From a virus (taxonomy: Duplodnaviria; Caudoviricetes): a DNA stretch of 64,000 nucleotides. The position numbers were made by a program, and so were the translations under genes. The DNA is taken from IMG/VR virus record IMGVR_UViG_3300028887_000099, positions 21,888-85,887 of that record. One strand, 5' to 3'. Under the pieces are notes generated by a model. The model was not told the DNA's origin and did no database searches. It was given only the letters and a program-made list of their open reading frames with translations. Below, in pieces: positions 1 through 9,591 of this stretch (its first letter is position 1; the number at the start of each line of letters is the position of its first letter).

Positions 1-4
1 AAAG

Positions 5-1003
5 ATGGCAATTCCAGCAGGCATTGGATTGTTTATTGCTTATATTGGACTTCAATCTGCTGGTATTATTATTCCAGATAGTTCAACTGCCTCAGCTATG
101 ACATCACTCAATATTATAAGTGGTGGAATTACATGGGCTACACTTATGCCAATTTTAGTAAGTATTATTACTATTTTGGTTATTGCAGCACTTGTAGCTT
201 TACGTAAGCGTGGCGCGGTATTAATTGGAATTTTAATTGGAACTATTCTATATTATGCAGGCGGTTTTACTATTCCAAGTTTTTATAATGCTTTTGCTCT
301 TTCTTCAATTAATTTTGGTGGAGCATTTAAAGCATTTAATGATGAAGCACTTTTTGCCGTATTTAGGTCTGGTTTTGATTTTAGTGGTTATATCACCGCA
401 CATGGTGAAGTAAGTTTTATTTTTACTTTAATTACATCAATGCTAGCCTTCTGTTTAGTAGATATGTTTGACACAATGGGCACTTTATATGGAGCGTGTT
501 CTCGTGGCGGTCTTATGACAGAAGATGGAGAAGTTTTAAGTCTTAATAAGGCTATGTTAAGTGATGCAATTGCTACTATTTTTGGTGCAATTTGTGGTAC
601 TTCAACTGTTACTACTTATGTTGAAAGTTCTACTGGTGTCGCTGAAGGCGGCCGCACTGGACTTACTGCACTTACTACTGCTGGACTTTTCTTTATTGCG
701 ATGTTCTTCGCGCCGATTGCTTCATTGATACCTGGCGCAGCTACTGCGGCCGCACTTATTTATGTTGGCGCGCTTATGTTATCTTCAGTTCTTAAAGTTG
801 ATTGGGATAATGCTGAAGCTGCGGTCCCCGCATTTTTAACAATTGCATTTATGGCATTTAGTTATAGTATTTCTAATGGTATTGGTATCGGAGTTATTTC
901 ATATACTCTTATTAAAATCTTTACAGGGAAAATAAAAGAAGTTAATATTGCTACTTGGATTATTGATATACTTTTTATAGCAATGTTTCTATTTAGTCAT
1001 TAA
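5..1003 (+). CDS. NCS2 (AzgA/PbuG-like) purine permease, 5' end outside the window
   Basis: Highly hydrophobic ORF with NCS2 motifs DMFDTMGTL and YVESSTGVAEGGRTGLTA; frame is open from the window start; ends in TAA. Confidence 0.9.
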   Translation: MAIPAGIGLFIAYIGLQSAGIIIPDSSTASAMTSLNIISGGITWATLMPILVSIITILVIAALVALRKRGAVLIGILIGTILYYAGGFTIPSFYNAFALSSINFGGAFKAFNDEALFAVFRSGFDFSGYITAHGEVSFIFTLITSMLAFCLVDMFDTMGTLYGACSRGGLMTEDGEVLSLNKAMLSDAIATIFGAICGTSTVTTYVESSTGVAEGGRTGLTALTTAGLFFIAMFFAPIASLIPGAATAAALIYVGALMLSSVLKVDWDNAEAAVPAFLTIAFMAFSYSISNGIGIGVISYTLIKIFTGKIKEVNIATWIIDILFIAMFLFSH

Positions 1004-1042
1004 TAAGATAGTCAGGCTGCCAGACTCTAACTGGCAGTATAT

Positions 1043-1119
1043 GCAGAAGGTAGTTTAATTGATAAAAATACTGGATTGTGGCTCCAGTGATACGGGTTTG
1101 ATCCCCGTCCATCTGCCCA
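1043..1119 (+). tRNA. tRNA-His (GTG)
   Basis: Cloverleaf folds by hand: anticodon stem CTGGA/TCCAG with loop TTGTGGC, T-arm ACGGG-TTTGATC-CCCGT, encoded G-1:C73 pair and CCA end; one acceptor-stem mismatch. Confidence 0.9.
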
Positions 1120-1120
1120 T

Positions 1121-1194
1121 GGGAGATTAGTCGAATGGAAAGACAGATGATTGCAACTCATCAAGTATCGGTTCAAGTCCGGTATCTCTCTCCA
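1121..1194 (+). tRNA. tRNA-Cys (GCA)
   Basis: Acceptor GGGAGAT/ATCTCTC, anticodon stem GATGA/TCATC with loop TTGCAAC, T-loop TTCAAGT, U73 discriminator, encoded CCA. Confidence 0.92.
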
Positions 1195-1215
1195 TTTATT
1201 TAAAAGGTGATGTAT

Positions 1216-1374
1216 ATGTTATCGCTTTCACGTACAACTCTTCTTTCTTTAATTCAATCTACTACACATGATGAAGTCCCTAAAATTGTTGTAGATTATT
1301 GGTTTACAGTATATGGAAAAGAAATACCACAAGACGAAGGGGCGCAACTTGCAAAAGAAGAAATAAAATTTTAA
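1216..1374 (+). CDS. small hypothetical protein (52 aa)
   Basis: ATG after AAGGTG, ends in TAA, followed by a hairpin and T-run; no recognisable motif. Confidence 0.4.
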   Translation: MLSLSRTTLLSLIQSTTHDEVPKIVVDYWFTVYGKEIPQDEGAQLAKEEIKF

Positions 1375-1407
1375 GACTCATAATTTATGGGTCTTTTATT
1401 TTTAAAT

Positions 1408-1436
1408 TTGACTTTTTTTAAAAATTATGATATAAT
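1408..1436 (+). promoter_or_regulatory. sigma70/sigmaA-type promoter
   Basis: TTGACT-17-TATAAT with extended -10 TG. Similar promoters at 2004-2032 (TTGAAA-17-TATAAT) and 4598-4626 (TTGATT-17-TATAAT). Confidence 0.8.
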
Positions 1437-1466
1437 TATAATAGAAAATAGGAGAGGAGTAAGAAT

Positions 1467-1976
1467 ATGAATTATTATCTTGCGCCGAGTTTTAGAGATA
1501 AAAAAGTTTTATGTGAGCCTTATGAAAAAGATGGAAAATTATATGTTAAAATACAAGGCAAAACTAAACCTCGTGAAGTGCGTGCATATACTACTCCTTT
1601 AGCTTCTTGGCAAAAAAATAAAGAAACAGCTATTTATGTTGAATGGTTTGAAGACTATGTTGTACCACATAATTATACCAATGAACATTATAGTGAAGTA
1701 ATCGGTATTCGTACTGATAAAGAAGGACGTAGAGGAGTATGGTTTTATAGACGACTCCCTAACGCTTTTGAATATAAAAGAGGAGATAATATTATGTTAT
1801 CTCCAGTTTTAGGATATCATGGTTCTATTGAAGAGGAACCTATTGAAAAATTTGATCCTATTTTTGTGAGTGAAGATGAAATTATTTTTGAAAAAGGATT
1901 TAAACGATTAGTAACTGCAACATGGTGGGAAGAAGAGGTCGCGCGCATCCATCGAATTTATACAGAAGAGGAGTAA
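1467..1976 (+). CDS. hypothetical protein
   Basis: 169-aa ORF with strong RBS (GGAGAGGAG) downstream of a promoter. Confidence 0.75.
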   Translation: MNYYLAPSFRDKKVLCEPYEKDGKLYVKIQGKTKPREVRAYTTPLASWQKNKETAIYVEWFEDYVVPHNYTNEHYSEVIGIRTDKEGRRGVWFYRRLPNAFEYKRGDNIMLSPVLGYHGSIEEEPIEKFDPIFVSEDEIIFEKGFKRLVTATWWEEEVARIHRIYTEEE

Positions 1977-2055
1977 TTTTACTTCTCTTTTTTTATTTGA
2001 AAATTGAAAAAATTTAAAATTTATGATATAATATAATTAGAAAATAGGGAAAGGA

Positions 2056-2793
2056 TTGATAATTGTGGCTACCTGTGAAACCATATTTCAAACCACCAAT
2101 ATAAGTCAATATAATAAATACTGTGATTTTATTTATAAATTGGTTTCAGATTATTTTGAAGCCAATGGAATAGACTCATGGGAAAATTTTTGTTATGGTG
2201 ATGATGTAGAAAATGAACCTATTTATTTTAATGGTGAAATTTGTTCTGGTGCCACAAAAGTAGTTCTTGTCCCTTATGATATGCCTTTTGTTATTAAAAT
2301 CCCTTTTTCTGGTTGGCGAGAAGATTGGGATGGAGAATGTATTCCTTTTGAAGAAGGATTTAATTCGGCTCTTGAAGAATTGGGATATTCTACGCAAGGC
2401 AATAATTATTGTGATCTAGAAGTTAATGTATATGCAGCAAGTGTGCAAGAAGGAGTTTCTCAATTTTTTGCACCCACTATCTTTTTTGATGAAATTAACT
2501 CTTTTCCAATTTATATTCAGACTAAAATAACTGCTAATACTTGGGCTACTCGTAAAATTAAACCTAAGGATAATGATACCTATACCTACGCTTCTATTAA
2601 AAATAGTGATATGATAGATCCAGAGTGTGGTACACGGCTTCTACAATTTTATAGTGTTGAAGAAATTGCTCGATTTCTATCTTTTGTTAAAACTTATAAT
2701 ATTGTTGATATTGATAATTTTAGGAATGGTGGAGTAGCTGCTGAAATAGGTCGCTATATTTTCTGGGATTATTCTGGATATTATGAGAGGTAA
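2056..2793 (+). CDS. protein-kinase-like fold protein (putative)
   Basis: Motif order SGATK...FVIKIP...E...DIDNFRNGG...WDYSG resembles the glycine loop, VAIK, catalytic loop and DFG elements; start codon uncertain. Confidence 0.5.
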   Translation: MIIVATCETIFQTTNISQYNKYCDFIYKLVSDYFEANGIDSWENFCYGDDVENEPIYFNGEICSGATKVVLVPYDMPFVIKIPFSGWREDWDGECIPFEEGFNSALEELGYSTQGNNYCDLEVNVYAASVQEGVSQFFAPTIFFDEINSFPIYIQTKITANTWATRKIKPKDNDTYTYASIKNSDMIDPECGTRLLQFYSVEEIARFLSFVKTYNIVDIDNFRNGGVAAEIGRYIFWDYSGYYER

Positions 2794-2795
2794 AA

Positions 2796-3212
2796 ATGAC
2801 TTATACTTGGTATATATGCGATGATGGAACTCTTGAGTTTGAAATAATAGAGAAAATTGGGAATCAAACTTTATTACTTGCGGCGCAAGAGCTTCATCAT
2901 ACTTCTGACACTTATTATTGGAATTTATGGCTTACTCTTGCAAACAAACGTTCACAGCGCGCTTTCAATGAAGAGCATATACTTTTAACTGGTGTTAATC
3001 CTTTTTTGACTTATAAAGTTGCTATTAGACTTCTTCAATATTTAGAAAAAAATGTTTGTAAAGAATATAAGCAATATAATCATCAATTTATTGCTCATTG
3101 GGTAGATAATCGTAGGCGTGATGCATATATTAAAGTATTAAGTAAATTTGGTTATAAAATAGGACAATATAAAGGTCAAAAACGTTTAATAAAAACAATA
3201 AAGAAAGGATAA
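2796..3212 (+). CDS. hypothetical protein
   Basis: 138-aa ORF in an operon-like arrangement. Confidence 0.65.
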   Translation: MTYTWYICDDGTLEFEIIEKIGNQTLLLAAQELHHTSDTYYWNLWLTLANKRSQRAFNEEHILLTGVNPFLTYKVAIRLLQYLEKNVCKEYKQYNHQFIAHWVDNRRRDAYIKVLSKFGYKIGQYKGQKRLIKTIKKG

Positions 3213-3215
3213 AAC

Positions 3216-3590
3216 ATGCGATATACTTCAAAGTATTCAAAAGAATTTACAAATGAAATGACAGGACGAATTGCTGTTATTTTAGCAGAAGAACAGCAGG
3301 CTCTTACAATTTCTGATATTCAATCTAAGGATATTAGATTAACCGGTATTACTTCTCAAAAAATGGCACGTATGATAAATCATTTAGTAGATGTTGGTTT
3401 TGTTGCTAAAGCTAAAGGCCGTGATGGGCGAATGGTTTACAAATGTTTGGCTATTTTGGAAGAAGAAGGAGTAGATCCTGAAATTTATAGATATGGCGCG
3501 AACACTTATGATAAAGTAAATGAATTTAAAAAGGAGTATATAGCAAATCATCCAGAGTATAAGGCTTTAATTTATAGAGAAAAAGAATAA
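3216..3590 (+). CDS. winged-helix DNA-binding protein (putative)
   Basis: Pattern ALTISDI...TSQKMARMINHLVDVGFV...GRMVY fits a wHTH. Confidence 0.55.
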   Translation: MRYTSKYSKEFTNEMTGRIAVILAEEQQALTISDIQSKDIRLTGITSQKMARMINHLVDVGFVAKAKGRDGRMVYKCLAILEEEGVDPEIYRYGANTYDKVNEFKKEYIANHPEYKALIYREKE

Positions 3591-3607
3591 CACAAAAGGA
3601 GTTAATA

Positions 3608-3817
3608 ATGAAAGTAAGTATTTGTGATAGATGTGGTACTTTAATTGAGCCTTGGCCACATGATGGAGAATTTTATAATAGAGTAATTCAAGTAGGAGAA
3701 GATTCTTTTTCTTTGTCAACACCAGAAGGAGAAATTTTTGAAACTTATGATATTTGTGATGAATGTTATAAAAGTTTTAAAAAATGGATGAAACATAAAG
3801 GATTGGAGAATAAATAA
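3608..3817 (+). CDS. small Zn-ribbon-like hypothetical protein
   Basis: CDRC...CDEC motifs; RBS AAGGAG. Confidence 0.6.
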   Translation: MKVSICDRCGTLIEPWPHDGEFYNRVIQVGEDSFSLSTPEGEIFETYDICDECYKSFKKWMKHKGLENK

Positions 3818-3819
3818 AA

Positions 3820-4038
3820 ATGAAAAAGAATATTTTTATTAGTTTTATTATTTGTGCTTTGCTTACATTTGTATTAATTTATATGGCTAATTATCATTTC
3901 CTCATTTTTCATGTAATTAAAAATATTTTATTTGGTTTGGGTTGTATTACTTTGTTTTGGCTTGTATATAAAATGGTTGAAACCCCTTGGGGCCAAACCT
4001 CTAATACAAAATTTCTTGTAAATTATAGAGGGAAATAA
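3820..4038 (+). CDS. small membrane protein
   Basis: Two hydrophobic segments; closely coupled to the previous stop. Confidence 0.55.
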   Translation: MKKNIFISFIICALLTFVLIYMANYHFLIFHVIKNILFGLGCITLFWLVYKMVETPWGQTSNTKFLVNYRGK

Positions 4039-4111
4039 AATGTGGTGGCTTATTCTTGGTGCTATTTTTTATATTTTTATTATTCTTGTTTTAATTGGAG
4101 GTTCAGATTAA

Positions 4112-4594
4112 ATGGATACAGTACATGCTTTCTATACTCCTTATAAATTTTGGAGAACCCCAATTAAGTGGATTAAAGATTTCTTTTGTAATTGTTCAAT
4201 CGCGCGCGATCGTATTCGTAAAGGATGGAGTCCTAATGATATATGGAATTTAGAAATGTATCTAAGTTCTATTATTGGAGAGAGTTTAGATTTTCTTGCT
4301 TCTCATCATATGGGGTATCCTGGTAATGAACCTTTTGAAACTTCTGAAAAATGGGAAGATTGGCTTCGCGCGCAAGCTTATCCATTTAAACATTATTTAG
4401 AAGATAATGATAATGAAAACCCCTTTAGTGAAGAATTTATAAAGTGTTTAGATATTGATACACTAGATTTAATATCTGATGAATTACGTAAAAATTATAA
4501 TGAAACAGATAGAAAAATTCAAGAAAAAAAATATCAAGAAGTCCAAAAAGCTATGGAAGAACTTGGTAAATATTGGGGACATCTTTGGGATTAA
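4112..4594 (+). CDS. hypothetical protein
   Basis: 160-aa ORF, RBS GGAGG, ends in TAA. Confidence 0.7.
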   Translation: MDTVHAFYTPYKFWRTPIKWIKDFFCNCSIARDRIRKGWSPNDIWNLEMYLSSIIGESLDFLASHHMGYPGNEPFETSEKWEDWLRAQAYPFKHYLEDNDNENPFSEEFIKCLDIDTLDLISDELRKNYNETDRKIQEKKYQEVQKAMEELGKYWGHLWD

Positions 4595-4769
4595 AATTTG
4601 ATTAATCCCAAATTTTATGGTATAATATATATAGAATAGAAAAGGAGATATAAGATAATGGATCATTGGATTTGGATTTTCTTTTGTCTCGGTATCTGTG
4701 TTGGTATGTTAATCGGTGTTGGTCTTGTATTTTTTTTGGACAAACATTTTTAAGAAAGGAATATCTAAA

Positions 4770-4985
4770 ATGCCAAATGAATTTTATTGCGCTTATTTTG
4801 ATAATGGTGAACAATATTTTTTTAGGAATAAGGATAAAGCTTTTGATTGCGTATGGCAACAATTTTTAAATGCTAATGCAGGTTATTTAGAAGAGATTGA
4901 TCTTAAAGAAGCAAGGGTAGAATTATATGAATTATACTTCATTGAAGGTTTTGGTGGAGTAGGAGTGTGTGGTTTCCAGGATTAA
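4770..4985 (+). CDS. hypothetical protein
   Basis: Start moved to the ATG at 4770 behind AAAGGA. Confidence 0.55.
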   Translation: MPNEFYCAYFDNGEQYFFRNKDKAFDCVWQQFLNANAGYLEEIDLKEARVELYELYFIEGFGGVGVCGFQD

Positions 4986-4998
4986 GGAGAAACAAAAA

Positions 4999-5247
4999 AT
5001 GAGAGACCCTAATCGTATTGATGAATTTTGTGAACAAATTAAGCGCACTTGGCATCATTTTCCAGATTGGCGTTTTGGACAGCTTGTAGCGAATATTTTT
5101 GGAATCTATGATAATCCTTCTTTTTTCTATATTGAAGATGAAGATGCTTTACGGTATTTTAAAGCTCAGGAAACTCCTATGAGTGAAGAAGAAGCAGAGG
5201 AATTTTGGAATAAAGCCCACGGGTTATGGGAGAGAAAAAAACTATGA
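4999..5247 (+). CDS. hypothetical protein (MRDPNRI type)
   Basis: RBS AAGGAG before ATG 4999; ATGA overlap with the next gene. Confidence 0.65.
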   Translation: MRDPNRIDEFCEQIKRTWHHFPDWRFGQLVANIFGIYDNPSFFYIEDEDALRYFKAQETPMSEEEAEEFWNKAHGLWERKKL

Positions 5248-5657
5248 ATTTGAAAACTAGTCTAAATCCTAAAGTACATCAGCGTGCAGTTAATAGAGTA
5301 CTACGTGACGTTAATAAAAATATTGAGAATGACGAATTGTGGCAGGGTCGTTTTTTTATTCGTCAATGGGCGCGGCAGGTAGTAACTTATGAAGACCATA
5401 GTGGGATGCTTCTTTATCTTGAATTGCGTTTTTATGATAAAAAAACCAAAAAGTTCATTCGGTATTTTTGTGACTCTCTTGATGTAATTGCATGGGGCGG
5501 TTCTAGAATTTTCTATAAAATGAATGATTTTATTGTATTAGATCTTGATGTATGGCGTAATGAAGACCCTCGAAATGAAAGATTTGATTGGCGCACGATT
5601 CCAGCAGAGAAGATAATAAAAACAGCGACAAATTTAAAAGAGGATTGGATACGTTAA
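5244..5657 (+). CDS. hypothetical protein
   Basis: Coupled by overlaps to genes on both sides. Confidence 0.65.
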   Translation: MNLKTSLNPKVHQRAVNRVLRDVNKNIENDELWQGRFFIRQWARQVVTYEDHSGMLLYLELRFYDKKTKKFIRYFCDSLDVIAWGGSRIFYKMNDFIVLDLDVWRNEDPRNERFDWRTIPAEKIIKTATNLKEDWIR

Positions 5658-5872
5658 TGAAAATAATAATTTATGGTGGAAGAGTTGGTCAAGGAACCGA
5701 ATGGAGTGAAGAATTTGACTTCAACGAGGATTCTACTATAGAGGATATTAATTATTTTGCGTGCGGTCTTTCAGAAGATTTTATAGAAGAAACCTTAGCT
5801 TATGCACCAGATATGTATGATTTTTGGTATGAATGGGAAGAAGAAAAAATAGAGTATACTAATAAGGAGTAA
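5657..5872 (+). CDS. acidic hypothetical protein
   Basis: TAATG overlap with the previous gene. Confidence 0.6.
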   Translation: MKIIIYGGRVGQGTEWSEEFDFNEDSTIEDINYFACGLSEDFIEETLAYAPDMYDFWYEWEEEKIEYTNKE

Positions 5873-5876
5873 TAAA

Positions 5877-6101
5877 ATGAAAAATCTTGCTATGGCTAAA
5901 GTTCGCTACTGGAATGAAGTTGAAGGGTTGACGGAAAATTGTAATGTTTTGTTGTACTGTAATAGTTTTGTAGATGGTGTAGAACAGCTTGAAGAATATT
6001 ATGGAAAAGAACTTGAAAAAGTAGAGATAGAGTTGTTTGATACAGGATTGTGGCATGTCTCAGATGAGGTTGCTGCATCACTTATAAAAGATTTTGTATA
6101 A
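5877..6101 (+). CDS. hypothetical protein
   Basis: RBS AAGGAG; last gene before a terminator. Confidence 0.6.
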   Translation: MKNLAMAKVRYWNEVEGLTENCNVLLYCNSFVDGVEQLEEYYGKELEKVEIELFDTGLWHVSDEVAASLIKDFV

Positions 6102-6133
6102 ATTTGATGACGGCGCGCCTTCAACATAGAATA

Positions 6134-6172
6134 AAAAAGCTAAGTAGGTTCGTCTACTTAGCTTTCTTTTTA
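6134..6172. terminator. bidirectional intrinsic terminator
   Basis: AAAAAAGCTAAGTAG-GTTCGT-CTACTTAGCTTTCTTTTT between convergent genes. Confidence 0.75.
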
Positions 6173-6541
6173 ATCTGCGCCGTTTCTATAAGGATAGTCC
6201 TCTAATTCTTCAGCCATATATTCAGTACAACTTCCATCAAGAGAAGTCACAAATTTATAACGTCCGTTCCATGTACGAGTTGCCTCAATTAAAATACTAT
6301 TATATAATGATGTGTCATCATTTTCAAATAAAAAATAAACTAAACCATTATTAAATCCTTCTAAAATTTCTGCAGCGGTTTTATCACATTCAAATATATT
6401 CTATTCATAAGTTACTGTAACTATCATGCTTTTACCTCCAGAACCACCTTGATTTAATTGTTCCAACATCCCTCGTAAAATCCATGGGTTTGGATTTGAA
6501 GGAGTTTCCATTATATAGTTCACAATTTCTTCTATCTCCAT
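6170..6541 (-). CDS. hypothetical protein (123 aa) with one in-frame TAG read as Gln
   Basis: RBS AGGAGG, ATG at 6541, TAG at 6401-6403, frame stays open to TAA at 6170. Confidence 0.65.
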
Positions 6542-6654
6542 AATAGGTAAAACCTCCTATAAATCTTAATTACCCTAATATATAAGTCTAAAATTTTCCA
6601 AAAAACTTTAAGAAATATATGGCTGGATGACCTAGCCGTCCAAGGAGTAATTTT

Positions 6655-6879
6655 ATGGAATTTTGGTATGAAGTTCCATTCATTGTATCTTATTTTAATG
6701 TTGAGGGCGCGCAGTCTATTGGAGTAGCATATCACGAATATATAATTGATCTAAAAGAACGGCGCGCAACTTCAACAAAAGAAATTTTAGAAGCGGGTAT
6801 AAAAAGAGGTCAAGATCCTGATGATATAATTATTGAATCTGAAAATTATGAAATTTATGTGGGTGCGTTTTAGGCATGA
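6655..6879 (+). CDS. hypothetical protein
   Basis: RBS AAGGAG; TAG at 6871 is followed by GCA TGA, so the end is 6879 under code 15. Confidence 0.55.
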
Positions 6880-7522
6880 CCGGGCGCACCTTAAAATTTT
6901 CCAGAAAATTTTCCTCAAAATTTTGTAAAAACGTTTAAAGAAGTTTACATTAAAGTGTAAACGATGAAGAATATACTCAAAATTATAATTAAGCGCAAGC
7001 TTTAGGTGTAAGTTTTAGGCGTAAGGTTTGAAGTAAGTTTGAAGTAAGCTTGAATCTGTTAACGCTACTGCCAGCGCGAAGCGCTGGCGTGGGGGGTTGA
7101 AGGGGGGAAGAACCGGGGAGCGAGAGCGCGAAGCGCTCTCGTGGAGCGGTTCTGTGCCTCCCCCCTGGAGCGAGCGCGTAGCGCGGAGCGCTACGCAGGG
7201 AGCTTCTATAAGTAATACTTATAAGTAGTACTTATAAGTAGAATCTAATACGGCTCAACCTTAATTTTGGTCGGTGGCAATGGAAGCTGTCGGTGGCATA
7301 GAAAAAAACTAATTGAAGGAAGTTTTGGAGGAGAGGTTTAGTGGGTTTTTGGGAAGTTTTGGTAAGTTTTAGTGAGTTTTGGTGAGTTTTGGTGAGTTGT
7401 TCCTGCCCTCAAATTTTGAAAGTTAGCAAATTTTGAAAGTTGTCAAATTTTGGAGAGAAAAAACAGAGGGAGCTTTCGCTCCCTCGTATACGTTGTACTT
7501 ATAAGTAGTACTTATAAGTAGG
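6880..7522. repeat. non-coding hairpin and tandem-repeat block (origin, terminus or other cis signal candidate)
   Basis: Three GC-rich hairpins with GAA/GGA loops (7070-7088, 7122-7140, 7177-7197), repeated palindrome TACTTATAAGTA (7205-7240, 7495-7520), tandem TTTTGGTGAG-like and AAATTTTGAAAGT repeats; no ORF. Confidence 0.75.
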
Positions 7523-7524
7523 GC

Positions 7525-7893
7525 TTAAGCCCGCTTGTATCCAACGACCTTACGACCGTCGACCTTCAGCTCGCCCTTCTCGACTCCCTCCATCTTGTTG
7601 AGCAGAGTGGAAGCCTTAGACGGGGTAATATCAAGGGCTTCGGCGAACACGGTACGAGTCTGAAACTCGTCAGTCAGAATTTCTGCGAGAGCTTCCTTCA
7701 GCTTCGCATCGTACTCCTGAGCAGCCAGCTGCTTTGCGGAAGGCTTGCGCTCAGCGTTCTTGCGCTTCTCATTCTGCGCGTCATGCTTCTCCAGACGACC
7801 GCGCACCATCTCCAACAGCTCGTCGCGGTTGGCCTCGGTCTCGCCAGTCTCCAGAACGTTAATCAGCTCTACGTACATCTCACGAATAGTCAT
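7525..7893 (-). CDS. winged-helix protein, paralog family A
   Basis: N-terminal MTxRE helix, basic linker, C-terminal wHTH-like segment; similar to 9592-9969 and 12817-13173. Confidence 0.7.
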   Translation of the reverse strand: MTIREMYVELINVLETGETEANRDELLEMVRGRLEKHDAQNEKRKNAERKPSAKQLAAQEYDAKLKEALAEILTDEFQTRTVFAEALDITPSKASTLLNKMEGVEKGELKVDGRKVVGYKRA

Positions 7894-8419
7894 GGTTGGT
7901 CCTTTCTGCGCCTGTGCGCAAGCGTTGGTCGCTACCCATCTGATGTCGCCAGATTCTTAAGCCTTTTAGCGACGATAAGGCTCGCATTTCAGTCTTTCTC
8001 TCTCACTTTCTATATATATTATAGCACGAATTTTAAAATTTTTCAAAGTTTAAAAGAAAAAATTTAAAAATTTTAAAATTTGACAAAAAATTTCCAAATT
8101 TTGACAACACGCAGCTTATATTTCTCCTTATATTATAACATAAATTTTAAAAAATGTCAAATTTTTGCAGCTCTAGGGATTGTTTCAAACGCAGCTCAGG
8201 CGCAGCTCAGCTGCTATGAACGGGTGGCTTCGTTAAGTAAAACGCACCCGCGAATCTCATCGAGTGGAACGCTTGTGCTTCGGTTTACATAATATGGTGT
8301 TATGTCAACCTGCGGGCATAAGATTACAAATAGTTACAAAATTTGACTTTTTTAAAACTTGACATAAAATGGAATTTAGACGTGCACGTCTAAAACAACA
8401 TATAAAAAAAATCTGTCTA

Positions 8420-9076
8420 TTACCAGACAGATTTTTTCATTTTTTTATGTTGTGACATACACCGCGCGAAAATCTCTTTTTCGATTAGTACATCTTCAAG
8501 ACCTGTATGACTTTCAATAAAGTCATTATTTAAGGTGATGTACCGATATAAAATTTCGGCGGTCGCGCGTGGAGTACCGTTTTTCTTTAAATAATCATTG
8601 CGTGCACACCAACGAATGTATGTCGGTTGGCAACAAATAGTATCTTGTGCCATCTTCAAAGTATCCCACAAGGGAATGCCGTATGGAAGAAAATAACGTG
8701 TGCGCGACTTCGTCAAGTATCGAATAGTGTATGCGGTTGACCGATAATCAAAACGCGCATTGTGTGCAATGATTGCGCGCACGTTCCACTTCTCGCACAA
8801 TTCACGCACAATTTTACGCGCAGTATAAATAGATACAATTTTGCGCGTACCTTGCCGGATTTGCTCTTCATACATCGCGCGCTTTTCGGCGTAATAAGCG
8901 GTATCAAACAGGGCGCGGTCAGCACAAAAAACCTCATAAATAATGAGGCTAAAAGTTTCATAAATGCGCCCGTGCTTATCGACAATTGCTCCACCAATGT
9001 CATACATAATAGGGTCATCCAGAGAATTTGCCGTTTCAGTATCAAGTACCATATAATAGGAAATGCGCCTGTCCAT
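8420..9076 (-). CDS. DEDDh 3'-5' exonuclease family protein
   Basis: ExoI VLDTET, ExoII AHNARFD, ExoIII HTGLED. Confidence 0.85.
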   Translation of the reverse strand: MDRRISYYMVLDTETANSLDDPIMYDIGGAIVDKHGRIYETFSLIIYEVFCADRALFDTAYYAEKRAMYEEQIRQGTRKIVSIYTARKIVRELCEKWNVRAIIAHNARFDYRSTAYTIRYLTKSRTRYFLPYGIPLWDTLKMAQDTICCQPTYIRWCARNDYLKKNGTPRATAEILYRYITLNNDFIESHTGLEDVLIEKEIFARCMSQHKKMKKSVW

Positions 9077-9179
9077 ATCTAAGACCTCCTTTTAAGATAT
9101 ACTAAGTTTACCATAAAAAAGGAATAAAAGCAAGAGTAGTTTTTAGACGTTACACGTCTAAAATTAAGGGAAAGACGGA

Positions 9180-9461
9180 TTACTCCGTCTTTTCCTTTTT
9201 CTTGGCATCCGCCTTGGCCTTGCGCTCCGCTCGCTCCCGAAGCTTGTCAGAGTACTGCTCCCGGGCGGAAACATAATCGTCCTCGCCGGACTTGAGGATG
9301 GACACGGTCACGACCATGATGCCTTCCTCACCATCTTCGACCACAGGCAAATTGAGCTTGTTGGACTCAATATAACCCACGTCCTCACCGTGCTCTTCCA
9401 GAAGATTATAAATTGCCTCCAGATAACGAGCACGACACTTATTCGCAAGGGACAACTTCAT
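9180..9461 (-). CDS. hypothetical protein, paralog family B
   Basis: RBS AGGAGG before ATG 9461; GEDVG.IESN..N.P...DGEEG shared with 10700-10987. Confidence 0.75.
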   Translation of the reverse strand: MKLSLANKCRARYLEAIYNLLEEHGEDVGYIESNKLNLPVVEDGEEGIMVVTVSILKSGEDDYVSAREQYSDKLRERAERKAKADAKKKEKTE

Positions 9462-9591
9462 GAGAAACACCTCCTTAAACTGTACTTAAAAGATACCATA
9501 TTTTTTAAAATTTGTCAAGAAGTTTTTTTAGACGTAACACGTCTAAATTATTTTTTTATGAAAAGAGGACACTTTCGTGTCCTCTTTCGTT

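Noticed and set aside
1017-1037. Amber suppressor tRNA (hairpin CTGCCAG-ACTCTAA-CTGGCAG containing CTA)
   Set aside because: Only an isolated stem-loop: no acceptor stem or T-arm, and CTA is off-centre in the 7-nt loop. More likely a processing or terminator hairpin.
8080-8340. Additional gene or ncRNA between 7893 and the first palindrome
   Set aside because: A - strand promoter (8132-8160) and RBS-like AAGGAG exist, but no credible ORF or stable fold follows; possibly a vestigial cassette.
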